This document shows positions 13,259 through 26,281 of a stretch of DNA of 64,000 bases, one piece after another. Made by a program: the position numbers and the translations under genes. Source of the stretch: Mobula hypostoma. Lineage: Eukaryota. The notes under the pieces were generated by a model. It was not told where the DNA came from. It searched no databases and saw only the letters and a program-made list of their open reading frames with translations. The stretch is from assembly GCF_963921235.1 (NCBI RefSeq), contig NC_086108.1:17732001-17796000 (forward strand), read 5' to 3'. Each line of letters starts with the position of its first letter. Within the stretch, counting starts at the first letter, position 1.

Positions 13259-16200
13259 TAGAAACATAGAAACATATAAAATAGGTACAGGAGTAGGCCA
13301 TTCGGCCCTTCGAGTCTGCACCGCCATTCAGTATGATCATGGCTGATCATCCAACTCAGAACCCTGTACCTGCCTTCTCTCTATACCCCCGATCCCTTTA
13401 GCCACAAGGGCCATATCTAACGCCCTCTTAAATATAGCCAATGAACTGGCCTCAACTGTTTCCTGTGACAGAGAATTCCACAGATTCACCACTCTCTGTG
13501 TGAAGAAGTTTTTCCTCATCTTGGTCCTAAAAGTTTATCCTCAAACTGTGACCCCTTGTTCTGGACTTCCCCAACATTGGGAACAATCTTCCTGCATCTA
13601 GCCTGTCCAATCCCTTTAGAATTTTATACGGTTCAATCAGATCCCCCCTCAATCTTCTAAATTCCAGAGAGTAGAAGCCTAGTCGATCCAGTCTTTCATC
13701 ATATGAAAGTCCTGCCATCCCAGGAGTCAATCTGGTGAACCTTCTTTGTACTCCCTCTATGGCAAGGATGTCTTTCCTCAGATTAGGGGACCAAAACTGC
13801 ACACAATACTCCAGGTGTGGTCTCACCAAGGCCTTGTACAACTGCAGTAGTACCTCCCTGCTCCTGTACTCGAATCCTCTTGCTATAAATGCCAGCATAC
13901 CATTCACCTTTTTCACCGCCTGCTGTACCTGCATGCCCACTTTCAATGACTGGTGTACAATGACACCCAGATCTCGTTGCACCTCCCCTTTTCCTAATCA
14001 GCCACCATTCAGATAATAATCTGTTTTCCTGTTCTTGCCACCAAAGTGGATAACCTCACATTTATCCACATTAAATTGCATCTGCCATGAATTTGCCCGC
14101 TCACCTAACCTATCCAAGTCACCCTGCATCCTCTTAGCATCCTCCTCACAGCTAACACTGCTGCCCAGCTTCGTGTCATCCGCAAACTTGGAGATGCTGC
14201 ATTTAATTCCCTCATCCAAGTCATTAATATATATTGTAAACAACTGGGGTCCCAGCACTGAGCCTTGCGGTACCCCACTAGTCATTGCCTGCCATTCTGA
14301 AAAGGTCCTGTTTATTCCCACTCTTTGCTCCCTGTCTGCCAACCAATTCTCTATCCACATCAATACCATACCCCCAATACCATGTGTTTTAAGTTTGCAC
14401 ACTAATCTCCAGTGTGGGACCTTGTCAAAAGCCTTTTGAAAATCCAGATATACCACATCCACTGGTTCTCCCCTATCCACTCTACTAGTTACATCCTCAA
14501 AAAATTCTATGAGATTTGTCAGACATGATTTTCCTTTCACAAATCCATGCTGACTTTGTCTGATGATTTCACCACTTTCCAAATGTGCTATTATCACATC
14601 CTTGATAACTGACTCTAGCAGTTTCCCCACCACCGATGTTAGGCTTACCGGTCAATAATTCCCCGGTTTCTCTCTCCCTCCTTTTTTGAAAAGCGGGGCT
14701 ACATTAGCCACCTTCCATTCCTCAGGAACTAATCCAGAATCTAAAGAGTTTTGAAAAATTATCACTAATGCATCCACTATTTCTTGAGCCACTTCCTTAA
14801 GCACTCTAGGATGCAGACCATCTGGCCCTGGGGATTTATCTGCCTTTAATCCCTTCAATTTACCTAACACAACTTCCCTACTAACATGTATTTCCCTCAG
14901 TTCCTCCATCTCACTAGACCCTCGGTCCCTGACTATTTCCCGAAGATTATTTATGCCCTCCTTAGTGAAGACAGAACCAAAGTAGTTATTCAATTGGTCT
15001 GCCATGTCCTTGTTCCCCATGATCAATTCACCTGTTTCTGACTGTAAGGGACCTACATTTGTCTTAACCAATCCTTTTCTTTTCACATATCTATAAAAGC
15101 TTTTACAGTCAGTTTTTATGTTCCCTGCCAGCTTTCTCTCATAATCTTTTTTCCCTTTCCTAATTAAGCTGTTTGTCCTCCTCTGCTGGACTCTGAATTT
15201 CTCCCAGTCCTCAGGTGTGCCGCTTTTTCTGGCTAATTTGTATATTTCTTCTTTGGAATTGATAATATCCCTAATTTCCCTTGTCAGCCACAGGTGCACT
15301 ACCTTCCCTGGTTTATTCTTTTGCCAAACTGGGATGAACAATTGTTGTAGTTCATCCGTGCGATCTTTAAATGCTTGCCATTGCATATCCACCGTCAACC
15401 CTTTAAGTATCATTTGCCAGTCTATCTTAGCTAATTCACGTCTCATACCTTCAAAGTTACCCTTCTTTAAGTTCAGAACCTTTGTTACTGAATTAACTAT
15501 ATCACTCTCCATCTTAATGAAGAATTCCACCATATTATGGTCACTCTTACCCAAGGGGCCTTGCAAGACAAGATTGCTAACTAACCCTTCCTCGTTGCTC
15601 AATGCCCAGTCTAGAATGGCCTGCTATCTAGTTGGTTCCTCGACATGTTGGTTCAGAAAACTATCCTGCATACATTCCAAGAAATCCTCTTCCTTCGCAC
15701 CCTTACCAATTTGGTTCACCCAATCTATATGTAGATTGAAGTCACCCGTTATAATTGTTGTTCCTTTATTGCACGCATTTCTAATTTCCTGTTTAATGCC
15801 ATCCCCAACCTCACTTCTACTGTTAGGTGGCCTGTACACAACTCTCACCAGCATTTTCTGCCCCTTAATGTTATGCAGCTCTACTCATATCGATTCCACA
15901 TCCTCCCGGCTAATGTCCTTCCTTTCTATTGTGTTAATCTCCTCTCTAACCAGCAATGCCACCCCACCTCCTTTTCTTTCATGTCTATCCTCCTGAATAT
16001 TGAATATCCCTAAATGTTGAGCTCCCATCCTTGGTTACCCTGGAGCCATGTCTCTGTGATCCCAACTATATCATGTTCATTAATAACTATCTGCACATTC
16101 AATTCATCCACTTTGTTACGAATGCTCCTTGCATTGCCCTTCAGGCTTGCTTTTACAACACTCTTAGCCCTTATAAAATTATGTTGAAAAGTGGCCCTTT

Positions 16201-16478
16201 TTGATTTTTGCCCTGGATTTGCTGGCCTGCCACTTTTACTTTTCACCTTACTACTTGTTGCTTCTACCCTCTTTTTACACTGCTCTGTCTCTCTGTACTT
16301 ATTTCCATCACCCTGCCACATTAGTTTAAATCCTCCTGAACAACAATAGCAAACGCTCCCCCTAGGACATTGGTTCCAGTCCAGCTCAGGTGCAGACCGT
16401 CCTGTTTGTACCGGTCCCACCTCCTCCAGAACTGGTTCCAATGCTCCGGGAATTTGAATCCCTCCTCCTTACACCATT
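13259..16478 (-). mobile_element. HER1-like CR1 spanning nearly all of ORF2 (APE endonuclease plus RT), with stops and frameshifts
   Basis: ORFs 16010..16441, 15624..15854, 14652..15602, 13998..14633, 13527..13982 carry NARSI, ETWL, GDFN, SDHN, PGPDG, GVPQGSVLGP, FADD; tail at 13259-13280. Confidence 0.96.
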
Positions 16479-16787
16479 TTTCATGGCACATCACTGTGAG
16501 CCGGGCCCAAACTGTGCTGTCCCTCTGTCTGTTTCAATACACTCCCTAGTGCCCTACATGAAAATCCTAAGCTGGTTAGACTTTCCAAAATACATCACCA
16601 CACATTTAGCTGTATTGAAATTCATTTGCTACTGTTTGGACCATTTCCCTAACTGATCAAGATCCCTTTGTAATCTACTATAATCTTCTTCACCATTAAT
16701 ACCTCCTAATTTTTTGTTATCCACAAACTTACTGATCAAACCTTATGCATTTGCATCCAAATTATTTATGTAATTGACAAAGAACAA

Positions 16788-17910
16788 TAAAACTGATTTG
16801 GTAAGTGCATTTAACTGTCATGTGATGGAAAAAATATAGTGATTATACTCAGGTTTATATGGATGGTGCTAAGGTACCTGAAACAGGAGTGACTGGGTTT
16901 GGGGTGGCTATACCAGCAAAAGAAATTGGAATCAGCCGAAGAACATCTAATAAATTAGGGGTGTATACAGTGGAGATGCTGGTAGTGTTGGTTGTGTTGC
17001 GATGGGTGGAGAAAGCTAGAGAAGTCAGAAAATGTTGATATGCTCAGATTCATCCTCAGTTCTAGCAAGTTTAAGGTCTTTTCACTCAAACAGTCTGCAA
17101 GATGTACTTTATGAAGTCCTCCAGTCAATCACAAGAATTGCAAATCAGGGAGGTCAGGTAAAATTTTTATGGGTCCCAGCACATGTAGGGGTGAAGGGGA
17201 ATGAAAGGGCGGATGAGTTGGCAAAGAGGGCGTTAAAGAAAGAAAATATAGAAATGCACATTAGTATCAGTAAAGCAGAGGTTAAGTGTGTAAACTGGGG
17301 AAAAAAATCAACCAAATGTGGCAAGAAAGATGGGACAGGGAAAGGGAGGCATTTATATCAAATACAAAAAGGGATTGGAGGTACTAGGGTAGGTAGTGGA
17401 TACAGAAGAGAGGAGACTGTGTGAACTAGATTAAGGCTGGGGCACTGTACGTTAAACAAAACATTGAAAATGATAGGGAATCACCAGACAGAATTGTGTG
17501 AGGAATATCAGGAAGAGGGGTCAGTAGAACATGTAGTTCTGAGTTGCAGGAAGTATGGGATACAGATAAAGATGATGATAATCAATCTAAGGGAATTGGG
17601 GGTGCAGGAATTCACATTAAAAGGGTTGCTGGGCATGGGTGAGAGAGCACAGGTCAGGGTATTTTTAGCTTTCTTAAGGGGTACAGGGTTTTTTAAAAAT
17701 AGGATATGATGAATAAGCAGGAATAGGGTACTAGGATGGCCAAAGATGGGAGGATAAAATGTAGGTAAGGGTATGTGTGTGTGTATGATTGGGTGAAGGA
17801 ATTTGGAATGTAAGTCTATTGCACACTCCGGAGCAGAAGATGGCGGTAATGCACCACTAAACTGGGTGCCAACCACCGTAAAACAAGAAGAAGAAGAAGA
17901 AGAGAAAGAA
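16788..17910 (+). mobile_element. I/Nimb-clade LINE 3' end with RNase H domain
   Basis: ICSDSSSVL, LWVPAHVGVKGNERADELAK, RLRLGH, EHVVLSC; (AAG)n tail; approximate TSD GACAAAGAAC/GACAAATAAC. Confidence 0.88.
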
Positions 17911-18515
17911 GACAAATAACAGGGGTCTCAACATTGACATCCACAGTATACCACTAGCCCCTTGCCTTCTTTCTGAAAAACAACCTTCAAGCACCACCTT
18001 CTGCTTCCTACCTCATAGCCAATTTTGAATTCACCTACTTAACTCTCCCTGGATTCCATGCGACCTAACCTTCCAGACCAGCCTAACACATTGGACTTTG
18101 ATGGCCTTACTGAAGTCCAAATAGACAATATCCACTACCCTCCCCTCATCTCTTTTTTGAATTACATCTTCAAAAATCTCTAAAAGGTTTATCAGCCATG
18201 ACTTTCCACAAACAAAGCCATGCTAACTCCTCCTGATCAGACTCTGTCTATCCAAATGCTGGTTGTTCTTGCCTTTCAGAATTCCCTCCAGTAGTTTCCT
18301 CACTACTGCTGTCAGACTGACTGGACTATAATTTACTGGCATCTTCTTGCTATTCTTTTTAAACAACGGAACTACATTGGCCACATTCCACTCTTTGGAA
18401 ACTTCACTAGTGGCTAATGATGAAGCAAGTAGCTCCATATGGGTCTCTAATTTCCTCTCTAGCCTCCCACAAAGACTGAGGATGCACTCGATCAGTGCCT
18501 ATAGATTTATCCTTA

Positions 18516-19185
18516 GAAGTTGTGAAGATTTGGCATGACATCTAAAACCTTGACAAACTTCTATAGATGTGTGGTGGAGAGGTTTGACTGGGTGTATCAC
18601 AGCCCGATATGGAAACATTCCCTTGAATAGTAAATCCTACAAGAAGTGGTGGATATGGCCCAGACTATCATGAGTAAAGCCCTCCCCACCATTTGGCACA
18701 TCTACACATAATGTTATCACAAGAAAGCAGCATTCATTATCAAGAACCTCACCACCCAGGCCATTGCTGCTGCCATTGTGAAGAACATACAGGAACCTCA
18801 GGACCCACACCACCAGGTTCAGGAAGTTATTACCCCTCAACCATCAGGCTCTTAAACCAGAAGGGATATCTTCAATGAGCTTCACTCGCTCCATCACTGA
18901 ACTGTTCCCACAACTTATGGATTCACTTTCAAGGACTCTTTATCTCATGTTCTCTATATTGTCAGCTTACCTAATTATTATTACTTTTTCTTTTATATTT
19001 TCACAGTTTATTGTCTTTTGCAAATTGGTTGTTTGTCTATCGTGTTGGATGTGGTCTTTCATTCATTCTATTGTGTTTTTTGGATTTTGCTGTGTATGCC
19101 CACAGAAAACAAATCTCGGGGTTGTACACGGTGGCATACAGTATATGTACTTTGATAATAAATGCATTTTGAACTTCGAACTTCA
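18516..19185 (+). mobile_element. Rex1/Babar LINE 3' fragment
   Basis: RFGMTSKTLTNFYRCVVE, I..P.HPGH motifs; AATAAA followed by a (TTGAAC)-type tail. Confidence 0.8.
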
Positions 19186-19348
19186 ATGTGCTGTAAGGCT
19201 GAAAATACCTCCTCCCTGGTAATATGAATGTCCTCCAAAACATAAACACGAGGAATTCTGCAGATGCTGGAAATTCAAGCAACACACATCAAAGTTGCTG
19301 GTGAACGCAGCAGGCTAGGCAGCATCTCTAGGAAGAGGTACAGTCGCA

Positions 19349-19364
19349 TTAGGGTTAGGGTTAG
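19349..19364 (+). repeat. Short interstitial telomeric repeat TTAGGGTTAGGGTTAG
   Basis: Directly visible in the hairpin loop. Confidence 0.85.
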
Positions 19365-19398
19365 TCCTGACGAAGGGTCTCGGCCCGAAACGTCGACT
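19363..19398 (+). ncRNA. Minimal type I hammerhead ribozyme, intact core
   Basis: Stem I AGTC/GACT; CTGACGA(A); stem II GGGT-CTCG-GCCC; GAAACGTC with palindromic ACGT; predicted cleavage 3' of C19394. Confidence 0.85.
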
Positions 19399-20736
19399 GT
19401 ACCTCTTCCTAGAGATGCTGCCTGGCCTGCTGCGTTCACCAGCAACTTTGATGTGTGTTGTCCTCCAAAACATCTTCACTTGTGCCCCTTATGCTTTGAG
19501 TAACTTGCTTCTTAGTAAATGCTGAGGAGAAATATTCATTAAAAATCCCATCTAGTTCCTGTGGCTCAAGACATAGGCTGCCCTGCTGATCTCTAAAGGG
19601 ACCTACTCACTTTTTGTCCACACTTTCACTCTTAGTATAGCTATAAAAACTGTCAGGATTTTCCTTAATCTTACCTGCCAGATTCATCTCATACCCTGTC
19701 TTGGCCCTCTGATTTCCCTTGTAAGTGTATTCTTAAATCTTTTTACAGTCATCAAAGGATTTATTCAAGCCCAACCTCCTAAACCGATTCTATGCTGTCT
19801 CCTCTTTCTTGACTAGAGCCTCAATATCTCTTGTCAGTCAAAGTTCCTTAAACTTCTAGGTTTAACCTTCACCCTAACAGGAATGTGCTTCTCCTGGACA
19901 TTTGTTATCACACTGGTAAAAGCCTCCCACTTGCCATCTGTTCCTTTCCTTCCAAACAAGTTAACCCAATCGACCTCTGCTGCATCCTGTCTAATTCCTC
20001 CAAAATTGGACTTGCTGCTCTTTAGGACTCTAACCTTTGGGCCTGTCCTATCCTTTACCATCACTATCTTAAAACTAATAGAATTATGGTCACTAGAGCC
20101 AAAGTGCTTCTTGACTGCTACATCAATTACTTGCTCTGCCTTGTTTCCTACAAGGAGGTCCAGTACTGCATCCTCATGAGTTGGGCTCTCTATATATTGA
20201 CACATGAAACTTTCCTGGACACGTTTTACAGATTCTACCCCCTTCCAGGCCCTTAACACTCTTTGCAGCCCAGCTAATACCAGAGAAATTAAAATCTCCC
20301 CCAAAAACAATCCTATTATTCTTACAACTATGAATAATTTCTTTACACACCTGGTCCTCAACTTCCCACTGACTTTGAGAGGGGTCTATAATACAGCCTC
20401 AATTGAATAACCCTCTCCTTCTTGTTTCTGACATCTACCAACATGGCCTCACTAGATTATCCCCGAAGAACATCATCCCTAAGTAGTGTTATTTCGTATT
20501 CCCTTATCAAAGAAGCTACATTCATTTCCAGGTTACCTGTACCTCTGTGATACCTGTGAACATTGAGGATTGTCCTGCCATTCTGTCAGTGATGTTTCTG
20601 TAAGGCCTATAACATCCCGGACCTCAGAGCCATTCCTCAGAGTTCAACTACTTAAAATGCAGTTTAAGTGGATATTCCTTTCCCTGCCTTTACTGAGCTC
20701 CTGGCTATCCTGATTGCTAGACCTGCTGTTACTGGC

Positions 20737-20808
20737 AAGTTGGATACTATTTTTAATTCTGTCCCCAAATTCCATTTTGACAAGCATGTATATCATGTAT
20801 GATGTTCT
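20737..20808 (-). mobile_element. Tx1 RT middle fragment
   Basis: SYMIYMLVKMEFGDRIKNSIQL bridges the Tx1 pieces at 22040 and 12229. Confidence 0.65.
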
Positions 20809-22040
20809 ACTGATGTCTATTACAAACCCACAGACTCTCACAGCTACCTCGACTACACCTCATTCCACCCTGCTACTTGTCAAAATGCCATCCTCTTCTC
20901 TCAATTCCTCTGTCTCCACTGCATTTGCTCTCAGGATGAGGCTTTTCATTCTAGAATGAAGATGTTCTCCTTTTTCAAAGAAAGGGGCTTCCCTTCCTCC
21001 CCATCAATGCTGCCCTCAGCCACATCTCTTCTATTTCACACGCATCTGCTCTTACCCCATCTTCCCGCCACACTACCAGGGATAAGGTTCCTCTTGTCCT
21101 CACCTACTACTCCACAAGGCTCCTCGTGAGCACGCAATTCTCCGAAATTTCTGCCACCTCCAACAGAATCGCACCACCAAACATATCTTACCCCCCCCTC
21201 CCTGCCCACTTTCTGCTTTCCAAAGATATAGCTCACTACCGTGACCCCCTTGTCCATTCGTCCCTCCCCACTGATCTCCCTCCTCGCACTTATCCTTGCA
21301 AACGGAACAAGTGCTATATCTGCCCCTACACCTCCTCCCTCACTATCATTCAGGGCCCTAAACAGTCCTTCCAGGTGAGGTGACACTTCACCTGTGAGTC
21401 TGTTGGGGTCATTTACTGTGTTCAGTTCTCCTGGTGTGGCCTCCTGTGTATCGGTGAGACCCGACGTAGATTGGGAGACCATTTTGCGGAGCATCTATGC
21501 TCCATCTGCCAGAACAGGTGGGATCTCCCAGTGGCTGTCCATTTTAATTCCACTTCCCATTCCCATTAGGATATGTCCATCCATTACCTTCTCCACTGTC
21601 ATGATGAGGCCACACTTAGGTTGGAAGAACAACACCTTATATTCCATTTGGGTAGCCTCCAACCTGATGGCATGAACAACAATTTCTCAAACTTCTGGTA
21701 AAGTCCCCTGACCCCCCTTCACTATTTCAAGTCCCCTTCTCTCTCTCTCTGACCTTATCTCCTTGCCTACCCATTGCCTTCCTCTGGTGCTCCCCCATTT
21801 TTCTTTCTTCCATGGCCTTCTGTCTCTTTCACCAATCAACTTCCCAGCTCTTTACTTCATCCATCCCTCTCCAGGTTTTAACCTATCACCTGGTGTTTCT
21901 CTCTTCCCTCCCCCACCTTTTATATCTACTCCTCAGCTTTTTTTTCCCTCCAGTCCTGCCAAAGGGTTGCAAAACATTGACTGTACTTTTTTCCATAGAT
22001 GCTGCCTGGCCTGCTGATTTCCTCTAACATTTTGTGGGTG
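20809..22040 (+). mobile_element. Penelope-like element (RT C-terminus, GIY-YIG, pseudo-LTR), decayed
   Basis: YYKPTDSHSYLDY.S.HP..CQNAI..SQFL, PLVLTY, C.R.KC.ICP, IGETRRRLGDHFAEHL, LEEQHL; decayed hammerhead at 21951-21983. Confidence 0.9.
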
Positions 22041-22540
22041 TTATCCTGTTGAAAGCCTTCTCCTGGTCCAGGCTGACTAGGCGGGTATCTGGGCCTCTGT
22101 CCTGCTCATAGAAATAGTATCTTTGAGTCATGCAAGGTTGTCTGAGATTTTCTTGCCAGGTACAGCACAGATTTGGTCTGGATGGATCACCTGTTCCAGA
22201 GTAGTTTGACCTGGTTGGCAATGGCCTTGGACACAATCTTATAGTCCACATTCAACAGTGAAATGGGCTTCCAAGTCCTGATGTCCTCCCTCCCCTCCTT
22301 CTGCTTGTTGCTGAGGATGATAATGTTTACCCCTTGGAATCTGCTGCAGCCAGACAGAAGCATGGCAATGTACCCTTCCAGCAGATGCTGGTCCATCCAG
22401 TTCCACAGAGCCGATTAAAAACTCTGCCAGTAAGCAGCCACTTCTGGGAGTTTTACTCATGCCACAGCAATGGATGGAGACAATCAACTCTTCCAGGATC
22501 AGGGGCAGATCCAGATTCTCCTACTTGCTTTTGTCTATCG
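22041..22540 (-). mobile_element. Tx1 RT N-terminal fragment
   Basis: WKPISLLNVDYKIVSKAIAN, LVSLDQEKAFNRI. Confidence 0.8.
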
Positions 22541-22541
22541 C

Positions 22542-22998
22542 CTATAAGACCATAAGATATAGGAGCAGAAGTAAGGCTGCTTGAGTCTGCTCTGCTATTC
22601 AATCATGGGCTGATCCAATCCCCTACCTTCTCCCCAAACTCTTTGATGGCCTGGCTAATCAAGAACCTATCCATCTCTGCCTTAAATGCACCCATTGACT
22701 TGGCCTCCACAGCCGCTCTTGGTAACAAATTCCACAGATTTACTATCTTCTGACTAAAGTAATTTCTCTGCATCTCTGTTCTAAATGGATGCCCTTCATT
22801 CCTGAAGTCATGCCCTCTTGTCCTCGACTCCCCTACCATGGGAAATAACTTTGCCATATCTAATCTGTTCTGGCCTTTTAACATTTTTAACAAGGGTTTC
22901 TATGAGATCCCCCCTCATTCTCCTGAACTCCAGGGAATACAGCCCAAGAGCTGCCAGACGTTCCTCGTACAGTAACCCTTTCATTCCTGGGATCATTC
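22542..22998 (-). mobile_element. CR1 3' fragment
   Basis: ORFs 22603..22893 and 22808..22996; same family as 34400-36035; (CTTATGGT) tail. Confidence 0.9.
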
Positions 22999-24539
22999 TA
23001 CCTTCATGATAGAAGACCGGAAGTTTTGGGAGATAATGCCTTTTGTGGTCTTTGTGTCATATAGTCCAGCACAGAAGGATCTGCAAACTCTTTGTCTGAC
23101 TATCTGCGATGAAGCTATTAAATCACAGATAAAGAAAGAAACTTGTGTTTTAGAGAACCACTCAAAACTACAACAGGTCCTGAAGCATTTTACAGCTAAT
23201 GAACTGTTAATGTTTCGTAACTCTAGAAACTAATCAAAAGAAAAACACAGGAGTCCGGAGATGTTCATCTGCTTAGTTTTACTGTGAGACAATCAAATAT
23301 GTTGAGGTGGCGTAATGACATATGCCATTCACATACTTATTACATTATATTGAATTATGTAACAAACAATGCCTAAGTTACAATATTACTCAAATATTAC
23401 TGAAACATTAAATACACTACACTCCTCCCTGCTTAGCTATAAACTCCAAATATAGAATGCATCTCAACTCAAATATGCAATGTATTGCTCTCTAGACATA
23501 TATATACATACACAGTATAGTAAATTTTAAATTGTCCCATTCAGATCTAAATATTTAATCACTGTGGAGATTTCTTACTCTTTTGGGATAATGTCTTTCC
23601 TGACAAGGGTGATCACTCTGCTTGGGAGGTGAAACTTGTGGCTGTAAAACAATCTCAGATTCTGGGGCCTCCTCTGTGGTTGTTGTAGGAGTTGACTCTA
23701 GGACTGCTAGGACAGTTCTGGCCATCTTTCCTCTCTAACAATTGACTCTGCTCTTCTTAATTGATTGATGTGTCATTTCCAGATGATATCAGATGCAATC
23801 TCCACTGTGTAGGAGAATGATCCAGTTCTGTCCTTAATCTTTCCAAGAACCCACTTTTGATCACCTCTGTAGTCCCTCACCAGGACTGCTTGTTCAGGAG
23901 TAACACAGTGAACCTCCCTGTTTGAGGAGACCTTAATTTGTCTCAGCTGTTTGTCCTACATTCTCATTCAAAGATTGGATTTGAGGAGATCCATTCTTGA
24001 GCACAAGGGACGACCCAAGAACAGCATAGCTGGTGTTGTTGGTTGTAAATTTTTCAGGTATTTCATCATCAAAGGGTAAACAGGACAATCAATCAGCTTT
24101 TCCATGATTTGTCAGCCTCTTGAATTCAATCTTGTAATTGTGTCCTTCAAGAAATAGAGCCCATCTCTGCATTCATGCTGCTGCTGTTAGTGGAACAGCC
24201 TCTGTACATTGAAAATGGACTCTAGTAGTTGGTGTAGGGTAACAAGGGAAAATTTTTTCCCATACAAGTACTGGCTGAAAAGTTTTACACCCAAATTAGC
24301 TCAGGGCCTCTCTGTCAATCTGTGCATAATTTTTCTCTGTGATGAAAAGGGAACGTGATGCAAAGGCTATGGGTGTTTACTTCCATTACTCACAACAAAC
24401 AAGAGAAAATCTGCAGGTGCTGGAAATCCAAGTAACGCGCACAAAATTCGGAGAAGGAAGTCTGAGAATCGGAGCGGGAGTGCAGAGGAAGCCATTTCTG
24501 AATCTTTCATTTTTTTTCCATCGACGTTCAGAGAGGCGG

Positions 24540-24588
24540 GACTGCGCAGGCGTGTGACGTCGGGCAGTAAAGCACGGAAGATTTAAAA
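24540..24588 (+). promoter_or_regulatory. Putative CR1 internal Pol II promoter (NRF1-like, CRE-like and TATA-like motifs)
   Basis: GACTGCGCAGGCGTGTGACGTC...CGGAAG.TTTAAAA; block conserved in the other CR1 5' UTR at 44617-44666 (minus). Confidence 0.5.
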
Positions 24589-26281
24589 GAAACAGAGCCT
24601 TATACAGCAGGCAGTGGAGTTTGCGGGTTGCGGAGTGAGCCGGGAGCAGAGTGAAGGCTTAAGGGCTTCGGCTCAAGGGGCTTAGGCGGAAACGGGTGAG
24701 GCGAAGAGGGTTTGGTATTCAATTTTTTGTTATTTGAGGAGAGGGGAAGTATGAGTGTGAGGGCAGCTTGTTGTTCTCGGTGCCGGATGTGGGAGGTCTT
24801 GTAGTCTCCAGGCCTCCCGAACGTCCACATCTGCACAGGTGCGTCGAGATGCAGCTCCTAAGAGACCGCATTGGGGAACTGGAGCTGCAGTTCGATGACC
24901 TTTGTCTGGTCAGGGAGAGTGAGGAGTTGATAGAGAGGAGTTATAGGCAGGTGGTCACCGCGGCCACGGGAGGCAGACAAGTGGGTCACGGCTAGGAGGG
25001 GGAAGAGGAAGAGTCAGGTAATAGAGAGTACCCCAGTGGCTGTGCCCCTTGACAATAGATACTCCTGTTTGAGTACTGTTGGGGGGGGACAGCTTACCTG
25101 GGGGAAGCAACAGTGGCCATGCCTCCAGCACAGAGTCCAGCCCTGCAGCTCAGAAGGGTAGGGAAAGGAAGAGGAGGGCAGTAGTAATAGAGGACTTGAT
25201 AGTAAGATGGTCAGATAGGCAATTCTGTGGACGCAGTCCAGAGATCCGGATGGTAGTTTGCCTCCCTGGTGCCAGGGTCTGGGATATTTCTGATCGTGTC
25301 CAAGTGAAGTGCCAGAGGTCGTGGTACATATACGTACCAATGACATAGGTAGGAAAAGGAGAGAGGTCCTGAAAGGAGAATATAGGGAGTTAGGAAGGGT
25401 GTTGAGAAAAAGGACCGCAAAAGTAGTAATCTCGGGATTACTGCCTGTGCTACGCGACAGTGAGAGTAGGAATGCAATTAAGTGGAGGATAAATGCGTGG
25501 CTGAGGGATTGGAACGGGGGGAGGGATTCAAGTTTTTGGATCATTGGGACCTCTTTTGGCGCAGGCATGACCTGTACAAAAAGGATGGGTTACACTTGAA
25601 TCCTAGGGGGACCGATATCCTGGCGGGGAGATTTGCGAGGGCTACTGAGGTGACTTTAAACTAGAATGGTTGGGGGGGTGGGAATCAAATTAAAGAGACT
25701 AGGAAAGAGGAGGTTAGTTCACAAATAGAGAAAGCTAGTAGATAGTGTGTGAGGGAGGATAGGTAGGGGACAGACATCAGGAGCGCTCAGACCAAAGATG
25801 TAGGGGACAAGGAAGGAAAAGATAACAAAGTTGTTTGCTCCATTAAGGATAAAAAGAGAGTGAGAGGTGGAGAGTTTCTTAAATGCATCTATTTTAATGC
25901 TAGGAGCATTGTAAGAAAGGTGATGAGCTTCGAGCAAGGATTGATACCTGGAAATTTGATGTTGTAGCTGTTAGTGAAATGTGGTTGCAGGAAGGGTGTG
26001 ATTGGCAACTAAATATTCCAGGATTTCGTTGCTTCAGGTGTGATAGAATAGGAGGGGCAAGAGGGGCAGGTGTTGCATTGCCTGTCAGAGAATATATAAC
26101 AGCGGTCCTCTGGCTGGATAGATTAGTGGACTCGTCCAGGGAGGATATTTGGGTGGGATTGAGGAATGGGAAAGGTGTAGTTACACTTATAGGGGTGTAT
26201 TATAGACCACCTAATGGGGACTGAGAACTGGAGGAGCAAATTTGTAAGGAGATAGCAGATATTTGTAGTAAGCACAAGGTT

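Larger units (their letters stand above)
19244..19460. mobile_element. Penelope-derived mini hairpin insertion (inverted pseudo-LTR arms)
   Basis: Arms 19280-19346 and 19394-19460 are 66/67 complementary; TSD TCCTCCAAAACAT at 19231-19243 and 19461-19473. Confidence 0.92.
12230..20735 (-). mobile_element. Old CR1 inserted in the Tx1 element and itself split by several later insertions
   Basis: Collinear minus-strand segments: 3' UTR/RT C-terminus 12230-12980, RT 16490-16786 and 17911-18515, endonuclease region 19475-20735 (SSDHN motif, ORF 19834..20361). Confidence 0.75.

Noticed and set aside
15217..15996. 259-aa plus-strand ORF and similar recurring ORFs (8768..9049, 14035..14439, 49792..50196, 55250..55756, 59861..60451)
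   Set aside because: Antisense shadows of LINE coding sequence; they recur only because the elements do.
19244..19460. MITE (DNA transposon) or miRNA precursor
   Set aside because: Arms derive from a Penelope pseudo-LTR, are asymmetric and have a long TSD typical of target-primed insertion; no evidence for miRNA processing.
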